Positions 1 through 7,700 of a stretch of 61,036 nucleotides of DNA are shown one piece after another (position 1 is the stretch's first letter; each line of letters opens with the position of its first letter). A model generated the notes under the pieces. It was not told where the DNA came from and searched no databases. It worked only from the letters and a program-made list of their open reading frames with translations. This DNA comes from a virus (lineage: Duplodnaviria > Caudoviricetes). A program made the translations under genes and the position numbers. The stretch spans positions 1 through 61,036 of the IMG/VR virus record IMGVR_UViG_3300050343_000189. One strand, 5' to 3'.

Positions 1-1107
1 GGTAAACCTCTGGGTGTCCAGAGGTATGATTCTTACAAGTATCCTGTATTTGATAAACTTACCACACAACAATTGGGATATTTCTGGAGACCTGAAGAGG
101 TTTCTTTGCAGAAGGATCGTGGTGACTATCAATTGCTCCGTCCAGAACAAAAGCACATCTATACTTCTAATCTGAAGTATCAGATCATGCTTGACTCTAT
201 TCAGGGTCGTGGTCCTGGTATGGCATTCATTCCTTACTGTTCTTTACCTGAACTAGAAGCATGTATGGAAGTATGGGGATTCATGGAGATGATCCATAGT
301 CGTTCCTACACATATATCATCAAGAACGTCTATGCAGACCCTTCAGAAGTCTTTGATAAGATTGTCACTGACCCACGTATTTTAGAGCGTGCCAGCAGTG
401 TCACAGAAGCATATGACGACTTTCATTGGTAGTGCTCACCAATATGACAACTCTAATGATTGGCAACATGCATTGGAGCAAGTTCCTACAGCACTAGAAG
501 GAAAGTATGAACTCAAAAGAAAACTCTACAGAGCAGTGGCAAACGTCAACATTCTGGAAGGTATACGATTCTATGTCTCCTTTGCTTGCTCGTTTGCATT
601 TGGTGAACTCAAGCTTATGGAAGGATCCGCTAAAATCATCTCTCTTATCGCACGAGATGAAAATCAGCATCTTGCAATTACTCAAAATATCCTGAACAAG
701 TGGAAGCAGGGGATGACCCTGAAATGAAGCAGATCATGAAGGAAGAGGAAGAGTGGACCTACAAGGCATTTGATCGTGCTGTGAATGAAGAGAAGCGTTG
801 GGCAGACTATCTGTTTAAGGATGGTTCTATGATTGGTCTAAATGACAAACTCCTTCAGCAGTATGTTGAGTGGATTGCTAATCGTCGTCTCAAAGCAATT
901 GGTCTGAGACCTCAGTATGACATTGCAGCAAGCAACAACCCACTGCCCTGGACACAGCACTGGATCTCTTCTAAGGGTCTTCAGGTGGCACCACAGGAGA
1001 CTGAGGTTGAGTCCTATGTTGTTGGTGGAATCAAGCAAGATGTGAAAAAGGACACATTCAGTGGATTTCAAACTCCCCAACCTTATCTTGAATTTGTGCT
1101 TAAATAG
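1..1107 (+). CDS. nrdB: Ribonucleotide reductase class Ia beta subunit (5' truncated, split by indels)
   Basis: Three ORF pieces carry NrdB motifs: [46 protein letters not shown]. Confidence 0.97.
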
Positions 1108-1132
1108 GGGGACATGAGCTTAAATTCCTCCT

Positions 1133-1295
1133 ATGCCTAAGAATGAATTGAAGAAAGAAGAGTTAAAAAATCGTGTACTCAAATTAAAAAATGATGTATA
1201 CGAAGAACCTGAGACCAGTATGGCAGGGGGATCGAGATATGGCACATAAATATCTCGATAAGGTATTAAACATTATTGATGAGTATCGATATTGA
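1133..1295 (+). CDS. Small hypothetical protein (one frameshift)
   Basis: Manual translation MPKNELKKEELKNRVLKLKNDVYEEP...WQGDRDMAHKYLDKVLNIIDEYRY. Confidence 0.55.
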
Positions 1296-1719
1296 TTATG
1301 AAAATCCATGGATCTATTTGGAGAGACCTTTTACTAGTGACGATGTTCACGACTACTATGGTTTTGTTTATAACATTACCAATCTCACAAACCAACGACA
1401 ATACATTGGGCGAAAGTATTTTTGGAGTCATCGGAAACCTCCAGGAAAGAAACGCCGAGTAAAAAAAGAATCTGATTGGAAAAAGTATTATGGGTCTTGT
1501 CCGGAACTTAAAGAAGACATTGAACGATTGGGTAGACAAAATTTTAGTAGAACTATCCTGTCATTACATAAAACACCTGGCAAAACAAACTTCGAAGAAA
1601 CAAAACAACTCTTCCTCAACGGAGTCCTCACCGAATCCCTTGACACAGGAGGACCTGCATACTACAATGGCAACATCCTCAGCAGGTACTTCCGAAAAGA
1701 TTATTATGGTGGAGACTGA
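1276..1719 (+). CDS. GIY-YIG endonuclease (T4 endonuclease II/DenA-like)
   Basis: GFVYNITNLTNQRQYIGRK (GIY-YIG variant), YYGS, conserved E and C-terminal YYNGNI. Confidence 0.85.
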   Translation: MMSIDIDYENPWIYLERPFTSDDVHDYYGFVYNITNLTNQRQYIGRKYFWSHRKPPGKKRRVKKESDWKKYYGSCPELKEDIERLGRQNFSRTILSLHKTPGKTNFEETKQLFLNGVLTESLDTGGPAYYNGNILSRYFRKDYYGGD

Positions 1720-1936
1720 AGAAATTGTATCAGAAGTTCGTGAATGGGCAATTGGTAAAGTCCAAGAGTACAATGACAAAGGTGTAGAACGAATCTACGA
1801 TCAAATGGCAATCATGGCAGAGTTTGATGAGTGGTTCGATCCCAAAGAAGATTTAGAAGTCGTATCACTTGACGAAATCACAGAAAAGCAGTATGATGAT
1901 TTTGTCGAAAACAACGACGGTATTGAAAGGGGTTAA
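1706..1936 (+). CDS. Acidic hypothetical protein
   Basis: C-terminal part of ORF 1490..1936 from MVETEEIV, overlapping the stop of the upstream gene. Confidence 0.6.
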   Translation: MVETEEIVSEVREWAIGKVQEYNDKGVERIYDQMAIMAEFDEWFDPKEDLEVVSLDEITEKQYDDFVENNDGIERG

Positions 1937-1948
1937 TCCCCTACCTAT

Positions 1949-2022
1949 GACTCAATAGCTCAGCAGGATAGAGCAACTGCCTTCTAAGCAGTCGGTCGTA
2001 GGTTCGAATCCTACTTGAGTCG
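1949..2022 (+). tRNA. tRNA-Arg (TCT)
   Basis: Acceptor GACTCAA/TTGAGTC, anticodon arm ACTGC-CT TCT AA-GCAGT, T-loop GGTTCGAATCC; no encoded CCA. Confidence 0.96.
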
Positions 2023-2023
2023 T

Positions 2024-2071
2024 TGGGCATCAAGAGAGACCACCACCACCTCCTCTCTTGTGTAAGGCCCA
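2024..2071 (+). ncRNA. Unassigned stem-loop between two tRNAs with a C-rich loop
   Basis: TGGGC/GCCCA and CAAGAGAG/CTCTCTTG stems enclose ACCACCACCACCTC. Confidence 0.5.
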
Positions 2072-2078
2072 TTCATAT

Positions 2079-2149
2079 GCGGAATTAGTTTAGAGGCAAA
2101 ACTAAAGGTTTCCAACCTTTCGTCACCAGTTCGATTCTGGTATTCCGCT
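2079..2149 (+). tRNA. tRNA-Gly (TCC)
   Basis: Acceptor GCGGAAT/ATTCCGC, anticodon arm AAAGG-TT TCC AA-CCTTT, T-arm CCAGTTCGATTCTGG. Confidence 0.93.
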
Positions 2150-2166
2150 TTCTCCAAACTATTATT

Positions 2167-2361
2167 ATGTCTCAGTATGATTTTGGAGGACTTGAAAGAC
2201 ATCCTGTCAATATACTAAGATTGATTAGTGAATTGGAAGGGTCATCCCAAATGTGTAAATACATGGGATTTCAAGATGATATGGATACTCTCAATGAAAT
2301 GAAGAAGAGATATTATAAACTCTACTTCAAAACAAAGAAAGAGTATAACAATCCTCTGTAG
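2167..2361 (+). CDS. Hypothetical protein, 64 aa
   Basis: Clean ORF between tRNAs; its last codons overlap tRNA-Asn. Confidence 0.7.
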   Translation: MSQYDFGGLERHPVNILRLISELEGSSQMCKYMGFQDDMDTLNEMKKRYYKLYFKTKKEYNNPL

Positions 2362-2423
2362 CTCAGCGGTAGAGCCGACGACTGTTAATCGTCTGGTCGC
2401 AGGTTCGAATCCTGCCGGGGGAG
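2352..2423 (+). tRNA. tRNA-Asn (GTT)
   Basis: TCCTCTG...CGGGGGA acceptor, GACGA-CT GTT AA-TCGTC anticodon arm, GGTTCGAATCC. Confidence 0.95.
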
Positions 2424-2425
2424 TT

Positions 2426-2497
2426 GGGCGAATAGCTCAGCGGTAGAGCACCTCCTTTACACGGAGATTGTCGGGGGTTCGATCCCCTCTTCGCCCA
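2426..2497 (+). tRNA. tRNA-Val (TAC)
   Basis: GGGCGAA/TTCGCCC acceptor, CTCC-TT TAC AC-GGAG anticodon arm, GGTTCGATCCC. Confidence 0.95.
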
Positions 2498-2519
2498 TGT
2501 AGAATTCAAAGTATTACTA

Positions 2520-2768
2520 ATGATTACTATCAGATGCAAAGAATGTAGAAAAGAACTGACAAGCACTAGCAAAATTCAGTTCTGTGGTTGTCCCAATCAG
2601 ATGAGTGTTGTGGATATAAAGATCGGTGCCAAAGACTTGGATAAAGTTGTGATGGTATCTAATAACGTAGAGAGAAAGATTGATAGTCACTTCTCTAGTC
2701 AGGAACTAATCTATCAAGAAGAAAGACGTAGACGCAAAGTTCGTAGATTGGACTTTGATGTTCGTTAA
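2520..2768 (+). CDS. Hypothetical protein with putative Zn ribbon
   Basis: CKEC...CGCPN motif, basic C-terminus. Confidence 0.7.
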   Translation: MITIRCKECRKELTSTSKIQFCGCPNQMSVVDIKIGAKDLDKVVMVSNNVERKIDSHFSSQELIYQEERRRRKVRRLDFDVR

Positions 2769-2840
2769 GATATCCACATAGTTGGCATTAGTGTAGCATC
2801 TTGCTACATTAAATAGCATTGTAGACACTTTCTTTCTACC

Positions 2841-2996
2841 ATGCATCCAGACGAATTCGCCAATTGGGCAAAAATCAAAGAAACCTTTGAGGAAAACGGC
2901 ACAACAGACAACTACTATTATAAGCGAGCTTGTGCTATAGTAGGGGGACAACCAGACCCAATGAAGAATCTTCCAAATGTCTCACAGGATGAATGA
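2841..2996 (+). CDS. Small hypothetical protein, 51 aa
   Basis: Manual translation MHPDEFANWAKIKETFEENGTTDNYYYKRACAIVGGQPDPMKNLPNVSQDE. Confidence 0.55.
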   Translation: MHPDEFANWAKIKETFEENGTTDNYYYKRACAIVGGQPDPMKNLPNVSQDE

Positions 2997-3122
2997 AATC
3001 ATACCTGACCACCTTGTATCTAAAAAGGAGTGTCAGGAAATGATTGATAAAGCAATTGACAAACACAATAAAACTGCTACAATTATAAGTGCCATCCTTG
3101 GTGGTATCCTCCTTGCGTTTTA

Positions 3123-3418
3123 CAAGCAGTTAAATCTGATGGTAAGAATTTACTAGTGCAGGAAGAATTCCTGGTATCTTTCAGATTACACTTCCAGAGC
3201 AAAAGGCAGAAGATACACTTGATGAATTGCTACCTTTACTTGAGGAGGGTGATATCATTATTGATCATAGTACCAGTGACATAACAAAATGTCAGGAACT
3301 GGAACTGTATTGTTCTAAGTTAGGTATCTCATATATCTTCTCTGGGGTATATGGAGCATCTGGTGCTATTGATGTTTGCTCAAAAATTTTCCAATCTCTT
3401 TCACCAGGTAATGTTTAA
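3123..3418 (+). CDS. Truncated 6-phosphogluconate dehydrogenase NAD-binding-domain-like protein (5' end missing)
   Basis: DTLDELLPLLEEGDIIIDHSTS...LGISYIFSGVYG resembles the Gnd N-terminal domain (DIIIDxGNS, GVSGG); no catalytic C-terminal domain. Confidence 0.6.
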
Positions 3419-3891
3419 TGATTTTATGTATTGGACCAAGCACTATTGTCGGAACACTAACAACTGCAATACTTGGAGTTATGAGTCCAGATAGTGTTAA
3501 AACCTATGTTGGAGTCAATATAGAACCATATGATACTGAGCAATTTGATTTAAATGAACCTTCTGGTTCCTTTGGTATTGAATATGACATGTACACACAT
3601 ATAAGATTGTTTGCTGAACATCTTTCATCACCAATGCAGTGTGATGATCATCCTGGTATCAATCATGCAGGTGTAAAATTTTTAGCACCACTATCACAAG
3701 ATCTTACGGTGTATAGTGGTATATCTGTGAATAACTCAAAGTTTGATAGTAAAGATAACTTTGAAGGTCCTCTAGGATCTATTGGTATTGAGTATGGTAA
3801 TGATTTAAAATTATTTGCTGAATACTTAAGCAGCATAAAAGAATTTGAAGGTGGTAGAACATCTTTAGGATTAAAATATTTTTTCCATTAG
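3418..3891 (+). CDS. Putative small beta-barrel outer-membrane-like protein
   Basis: Hydrophobic N-terminus, alternating strands, internal repeat (GSFGIEY...RLFAEHLSS / GSIGIEY...KLFAEYLSS), C-terminal LGLKYFF. Confidence 0.6.
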   Translation: MILCIGPSTIVGTLTTAILGVMSPDSVKTYVGVNIEPYDTEQFDLNEPSGSFGIEYDMYTHIRLFAEHLSSPMQCDDHPGINHAGVKFLAPLSQDLTVYSGISVNNSKFDSKDNFEGPLGSIGIEYGNDLKLFAEYLSSIKEFEGGRTSLGLKYFFH

Positions 3892-3932
3892 GAACCCCTG
3901 ACATAAGTATAACAACTTATCGATATTTTTAT

Positions 3933-3980
3933 AGATAGAGATGACTGCACTATTTTTCTGCAGTTGTCTCTATCTTTTTG
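3933..3980 (+). terminator. Long hairpin plus T tract, probable intrinsic terminator
   Basis: AGATAGAGATGACTGCA / TGCAGTTGTCTCTATCT inverted repeat followed by TTTT. Confidence 0.55.
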
Positions 3981-4117
3981 TGCGGTAAACAAAATGTTAG
4001 CAGTAGTTAGAACTCTTATGGAGAACGATGCGTTTCTCTTTATCTTGTGCTATGCTTTAATAGTAGTTCCAGTTATAGGAATTGCAAAAATTCATAATAC
4101 GGAAATACATTTGGATA

Positions 4118-4306
4118 ATGGAAAAGAAGTATAAAAGTAGATTCAATTTTGCAATGTCATCATTTGCAAGAATGTATGGTCCAAGAGGTATCACGGAAAA
4201 GATGTGTAATCTTTGTAAGACTTGGGCGAGTAATGATATTGAACCACCAACCGGAAGTTTGACTCAGGTTGATTTTTACTTCAGAGATATCATGCAAGGT
4301 AATTGA
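4118..4306 (+). CDS. Hypothetical protein
   Basis: ORF from MEKKYKSRFNFAMSSFARMYG. Confidence 0.6.
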   Translation: MEKKYKSRFNFAMSSFARMYGPRGITEKMCNLCKTWASNDIEPPTGSLTQVDFYFRDIMQGN

Positions 4307-4331
4307 CAGAGTAAATTTTGAGTAGTATAAT
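4303..4331 (+). promoter_or_regulatory. Consensus sigma70-type (early) promoter
   Basis: TTGACA-17 nt-TATAAT exact. Confidence 0.85.
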
Positions 4332-4336
4332 TTAAA

Positions 4337-4403
4337 AGTTGAGAGATCAACTGCGGTGCTCCCCTTTGGCAGGTTCAGGAGTAGCGGCGATAGGAACTTG
4401 CCA
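4337..4403 (+). ncRNA. Unassigned structured RNA (hairpin plus possible pseudoknot)
   Basis: GC-rich island right after the promoter; AGTTGA/TCAACT hairpin; TGGCAGGTTC/GAACTTGCCA stem whose loop GGAGTA can pair with upstream TGCTCC. Confidence 0.55.
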
Positions 4404-4430
4404 CATAATTTCATTATACATAATGCAACT

Positions 4431-4603
4431 ATGGAATTTTATTCAGTGGAATACTGGCAAAAGAACTGGGAAAATTGATGGAAAGAGTGGAGAATGGAGA
4501 GACGATAGGAGTGGAAAATAAAAGGGGTGAGAGGGCAGTAATGGTGCCTGCTGATGATGAACTCATACGAATATACACAGAGCAAAACAACGAAGGATCC
4601 TGA
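4431..4603 (+). CDS. Phd/YefM antitoxin-like small protein (one frameshift)
   Basis: Manual translation MEFYSVEYWQKNWE..MERVENGETIGVENKRGERAVMVPADDE; matches the Phd N-terminal pattern xxRVxxGExIxIxxxG..AVxxP. Confidence 0.6.
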
Positions 4604-4675
4604 GGGACTGTCGCATATTGGTTAATGCTCTCTGCTTATAACGGGGTAAACTGGGTTCAATTCCCAGCAGTCCTA
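4604..4675 (+). tRNA. tRNA-Ile (TAT)
   Basis: GGGACTG/CAGTCCT acceptor, CTCTG-CT TAT AA-CGGGG anticodon arm, CTGGGTTCAATTCCCAG T-arm. Confidence 0.85.
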
Positions 4676-4678
4676 TTT

Positions 4679-4751
4679 GCTTCCTTAGCAATCTGGTGAA
4701 TGCAGCAAACTCATAATTTGCCTAAGGTGAGTTCGATCCTCACAGGAAGCA
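4679..4751 (+). tRNA. tRNA with CAT anticodon (elongator Met or Ile2)
   Basis: GCTTCCT/AGGAAGC acceptor, GCAAA-CT CAT AA-TTTGC, GTGAGTTCGATCCTCAC; lacks the initiator GGG/CCC anticodon stem. Confidence 0.9.
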
Positions 4752-4752
4752 C

Positions 4753-4782
4753 TTGACAGAAACCCTGTCAAACCCTTATAAT
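4753..4782 (+). promoter_or_regulatory. sigma70-type promoter with inverted repeat over the -35 box
   Basis: TTGACA-18 nt-TATAAT; TTGACAG-AAACC-CTGTCAA palindrome. Confidence 0.65.
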
Positions 4783-4804
4783 ACTAAGGTCAACAAACGG
4801 AACA

Positions 4805-5017
4805 ATGACACTGACTACTAAGTTCAAGAAAGATATCCAAACTCTTAGGGGTGCGGTAAATGGAGAGTTCTTCCTGGATGTGAAGAATCCGAAACTTCTC
4901 AAAAAGGTCCGTCGTTATTATGAAAACACTGGTGTTGTCTTTTCAGGCGATGCTCTTGATGATTATGATATTTTGATGGAACAAATCTCTGTCGATCTTG
5001 AAGCAGTCGAAGCATGA
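4805..5017 (+). CDS. Hypothetical cyanophage protein
   Basis: Clean 70 aa ORF downstream of promoter. Confidence 0.75.
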   Translation: MTLTTKFKKDIQTLRGAVNGEFFLDVKNPKLLKKVRRYYENTGVVFSGDALDDYDILMEQISVDLEAVEA

Positions 5018-5261
5018 AAGTTCTATTAGAACGTGGACCTTATAGGTTTGTTGAAAGTGTGGTACATTGAACTCAATGGTATGCCAGACTATCGTATTCA
5101 AAAAGCAAACTACCTGGTCAAAGAGATATAGTGATATGTACCTCCTTGACAACCAAGCACAATGCAACTTCTGACTGCGAAGATGACTTTGAGTACACCA
5201 AATGGTTAGATCCAGATGGTGTACCTTGTTATATAAAGACTCGGTAAGTCGTGAAAACTAG
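5014..5261 (+). CDS. Hypothetical protein (frameshifted)
   Basis: ATGA-coupled start; pieces MKVLLERGPYRFVE, LNGMPDYRIQK, DMYLLDNQ, FEYTKWLDPDGVPCYIKD. Confidence 0.5.
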
Positions 5262-5327
5262 CCCTGGTCGGGATGATCCCAAAGTCACGGATTGACTCTA
5301 ACAGAACTGGTGGAGTCATTAGACCCT
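5206..5327 (+). ncRNA. manA-like RNA motif
   Basis: GACTCGGTAAGTC hairpin, CTAGCCCTGGTCGGGA, AGTCACGGATTGACT hairpin, ACTGGTGGAGTC; next to tRNAs and sugar genes as reported for manA RNAs. Assignment from recall; boundaries approximate. Confidence 0.6.
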
Positions 5328-5367
5328 TCTAAAAACTAAATAATCCAAGAGTTAATTTTATAGTTCT

Positions 5368-5575
5368 ATGTCAACTAAAGGAACAGCAGCAAAGTCTGCA
5401 AGTGGAGCAGCAATGTCTAAGTATGATGTTGAAGTCGAATCAAGACTAGAAAGCATTAGAAGCAAAAGCAAATGCTCCAGTTTCAACTGGTGGGGAATCT
5501 AGTGAATTGGAAGCAAAAGTGGATGGTTATTGAGCTCTAAAATCAAAAATGCCTGGTCAGTTTAAAGACCTTTAA
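5368..5575 (+). CDS. Small hypothetical coiled-coil protein (frameshifted), late promoter upstream
   Basis: MSTKGTAAKSASGAAMSKYDVEVESRL...; CTAAATA at 5336-5342. Confidence 0.5.
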
Positions 5576-5576
5576 T

Positions 5577-5666
5577 GGTTTCTTACTTTACCTAAGAGTA
5601 AGTGGTGCGGATGGGGTACTCCCGCCCTGTTTCTTGCTTCAGGTAAAAGAGCAAGTGGCGTGCATG
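5577..5666 (+). ncRNA. wcaG RNA motif
   Basis: Two repeated units GTTTCTTAC..GAGTAAGTGGTGCGGA and GTTTCTTGC..GAGCAAGTGGCGTGCA around a GGG/CCC hairpin, upstream of an NAD-dependent epimerase gene. Confidence 0.75.
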
Positions 5667-5678
5667 ACAAGACCTTCA

Positions 5679-5714
5679 AAGACCCTTGACAACAAGGGTC
5701 TTTTTTTGTATGAT
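5679..5714 (+). terminator. Intrinsic terminator overlapping a sigma70 promoter
   Basis: AAGACCCTTG-ACAA-CAAGGGTCTT plus T tract; TTGACA (5686)-17 nt-TATGAT (5709). Confidence 0.75.
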
Positions 5715-5738
5715 ATATAAGAAGAAACTTTTTTATTA

Positions 5739-6810
5739 ATGTCTGAATATAAGAAGACTGCACTGGTTCTTGGTGCTGGTGGATTTATTGGAAGTCATAT
5801 GGTTAAACGACTACGTTCAGAAGGATACTGGGTGCGTGGTGTTGATCTTAAGTATCCTGAGTTCTCTGACACAGAAGCAAATGAATTTGTTCAAGGAGAC
5901 TTGCGTGATGTAACTTTTGTTCCGTGTCATTCAGTTTAAAGGTACAAGGTAATTTCTATAACTCTGTTCCTTATCGTTTGTATCCGTCCTTTTGATGAGA
6001 TCTATCAGTTTGCTGCTGATATGGGTGGAGCAGGATTTGTATTCACTGGTGAGAATGATGCAGACATCATGCACAACTCTGTCACTATCAACTTGAATGT
6101 TCTTGAAGAAGTTCGTAAACTGAATGAAACCTTTGATGGTGTAGAGAAGGAACTGGATGAATGTAATCGTCCTGCTTTGGAACAACCTACTAAAATCTTT
6201 CTACTCTGGTTCAGCATGTATGTATCCAGAGCACAATCAACTAGACCCTGATAATCCAGACTGTCGTGAAGAATCAGCATACCCAGCAAACCCAGACTCA
6301 GAATATGGATGGGAGAAACTCTTTCAGTGAGCGTCTCTACTTTGCTTACAATCGCAACCATGGCATCCCTGTTCGGATTGCTAGGTATCACAACATTTTT
6401 GGACCTGAAGGAACCTGGGACGGTGGAAGAGAGAAGGCACCAGCTGCAATCTGCCGTAAAGTTGCTTACCTCCCGGAGTCAGGTGGAGCAATCGAGGTGT
6501 GGGGAGATGGCTTACAAACTCGTTCCTTCCTGTTCATTGACGAATGCATTGAAGCAACTACAGAATGATGAATCAGTGACTTCATGGGACCAGTTAATAT
6601 TGGTTCTGAAGAGATGGTTACTATTAATCAACTTGTAGATACTGCTGCTAAGTTGCTGGTAAAGAAGTCTCTAAGATTCATATTGATGGACCTCTTGGAG
6701 TTCGTGGACGTAACTCTAATAATGATTTGATTCGTGAGAACTTGGTTGGGATTATTCTCAAACTCTTGAAGAGGGTATTCGTAAAACTTATAATTGGATT
6801 GTTTTGTAAG
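5739..6810 (+). CDS. NAD-dependent epimerase/dehydratase (GDP-mannose 3,5-epimerase-like; frameshifted)
   Basis: LVLGAGGFIGSH, AADMGGAGF, YGWEK, RYHNIFGPEGTWDGGREKAPAA, VWGDGLQTRSF. Confidence 0.92.
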
Positions 6811-6858
6811 AAATGATAGAGAACTAGATCCATTTAATAGAGAAAAGTATTTACTAAA

Positions 6859-7700
6859 ATGAAAAATTTTAAACTATTAAATGATACTTTTGTTCACCTT
6901 ACTAATGGGAATAAAGGATATTCAACTCATGGAAAAGAATCTAAGTATATTAAGTGGATTCATGAAGGTGAAGGTAAACAACAACTTACCTTTAATAATC
7001 TAACTCCTGATGATGAAACATTCTATGTTGATAGGTTTATCCCATAGGACTACAAGATAATGTGCAAGTAAGAAGAAATATGCTATTATCTTAGAATGTT
7101 GTTGGATTAGTTAATCCACTTATTGAAGAGATTAAGAATAATCTTGATGCATATGAATGCATATGATAAAATTTTTACTTGGAGTGAAGAACTGTGTGAA
7201 CTTCATGAAGAATTCTGTTGGATTCCTGGCAATGGATCTTGGATTCGTGAACCACAGATCTATCCAAAGGACAAATTAGTTTCTATAATTGCATCTAATA
7301 AGTCTCATCTTCCTGGTCACCAACAGAGAATGCATATGCTAGAACAATTAAAGGACTATGCTCCTTTGTTTGGTCGTGGATTCAATGAAGTAGAATACAA
7401 AGAAGATGCACTAGCAGACTACATGTTCTCAGTTGCTATTGAGAATGCTAATGATTGGTTTACAGTGAAAAAATTCTTGATTGTTTCTTGACTGGAACTA
7501 TTCCAATCTATTATGGTACTCCTAGTATTACCAAGTGGTTTAATACTGATGGTATGATTTTCCTTGAGGATGGATTTGATATTGAAGAACTAGATAAAGA
7601 TCTTTATAAATCTATGGAATCTGCAATCAAAGATAACTTTGAACGTGCAATGAAGATGGAAATGTTAGAGGATTTTATCTGGGAGACTTACTTTGAATAA
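6859..7700 (+). CDS. Glycosyltransferase, GT10 fucosyltransferase-like (frameshifted)
   Basis: YMFSVAIEN...SEKILDCFLTGTIPIYYG. Confidence 0.75.

Noticed and set aside
1276-1719. Mobile homing endonuclease or intron at nrdB
   Set aside because: Single GIY-YIG domain with no DNA-binding extension, outside nrdB; no intron seen in nrdB, psbA, psbD or thyX.
2023-4403. tRNA-associated HDV-like (theta) ribozymes at the two unassigned elements
   Set aside because: Neither 2024-2071 nor 4337-4403 has room for the P1/P3/P1.1 nested double pseudoknot, despite a GGCGA segment in the second.
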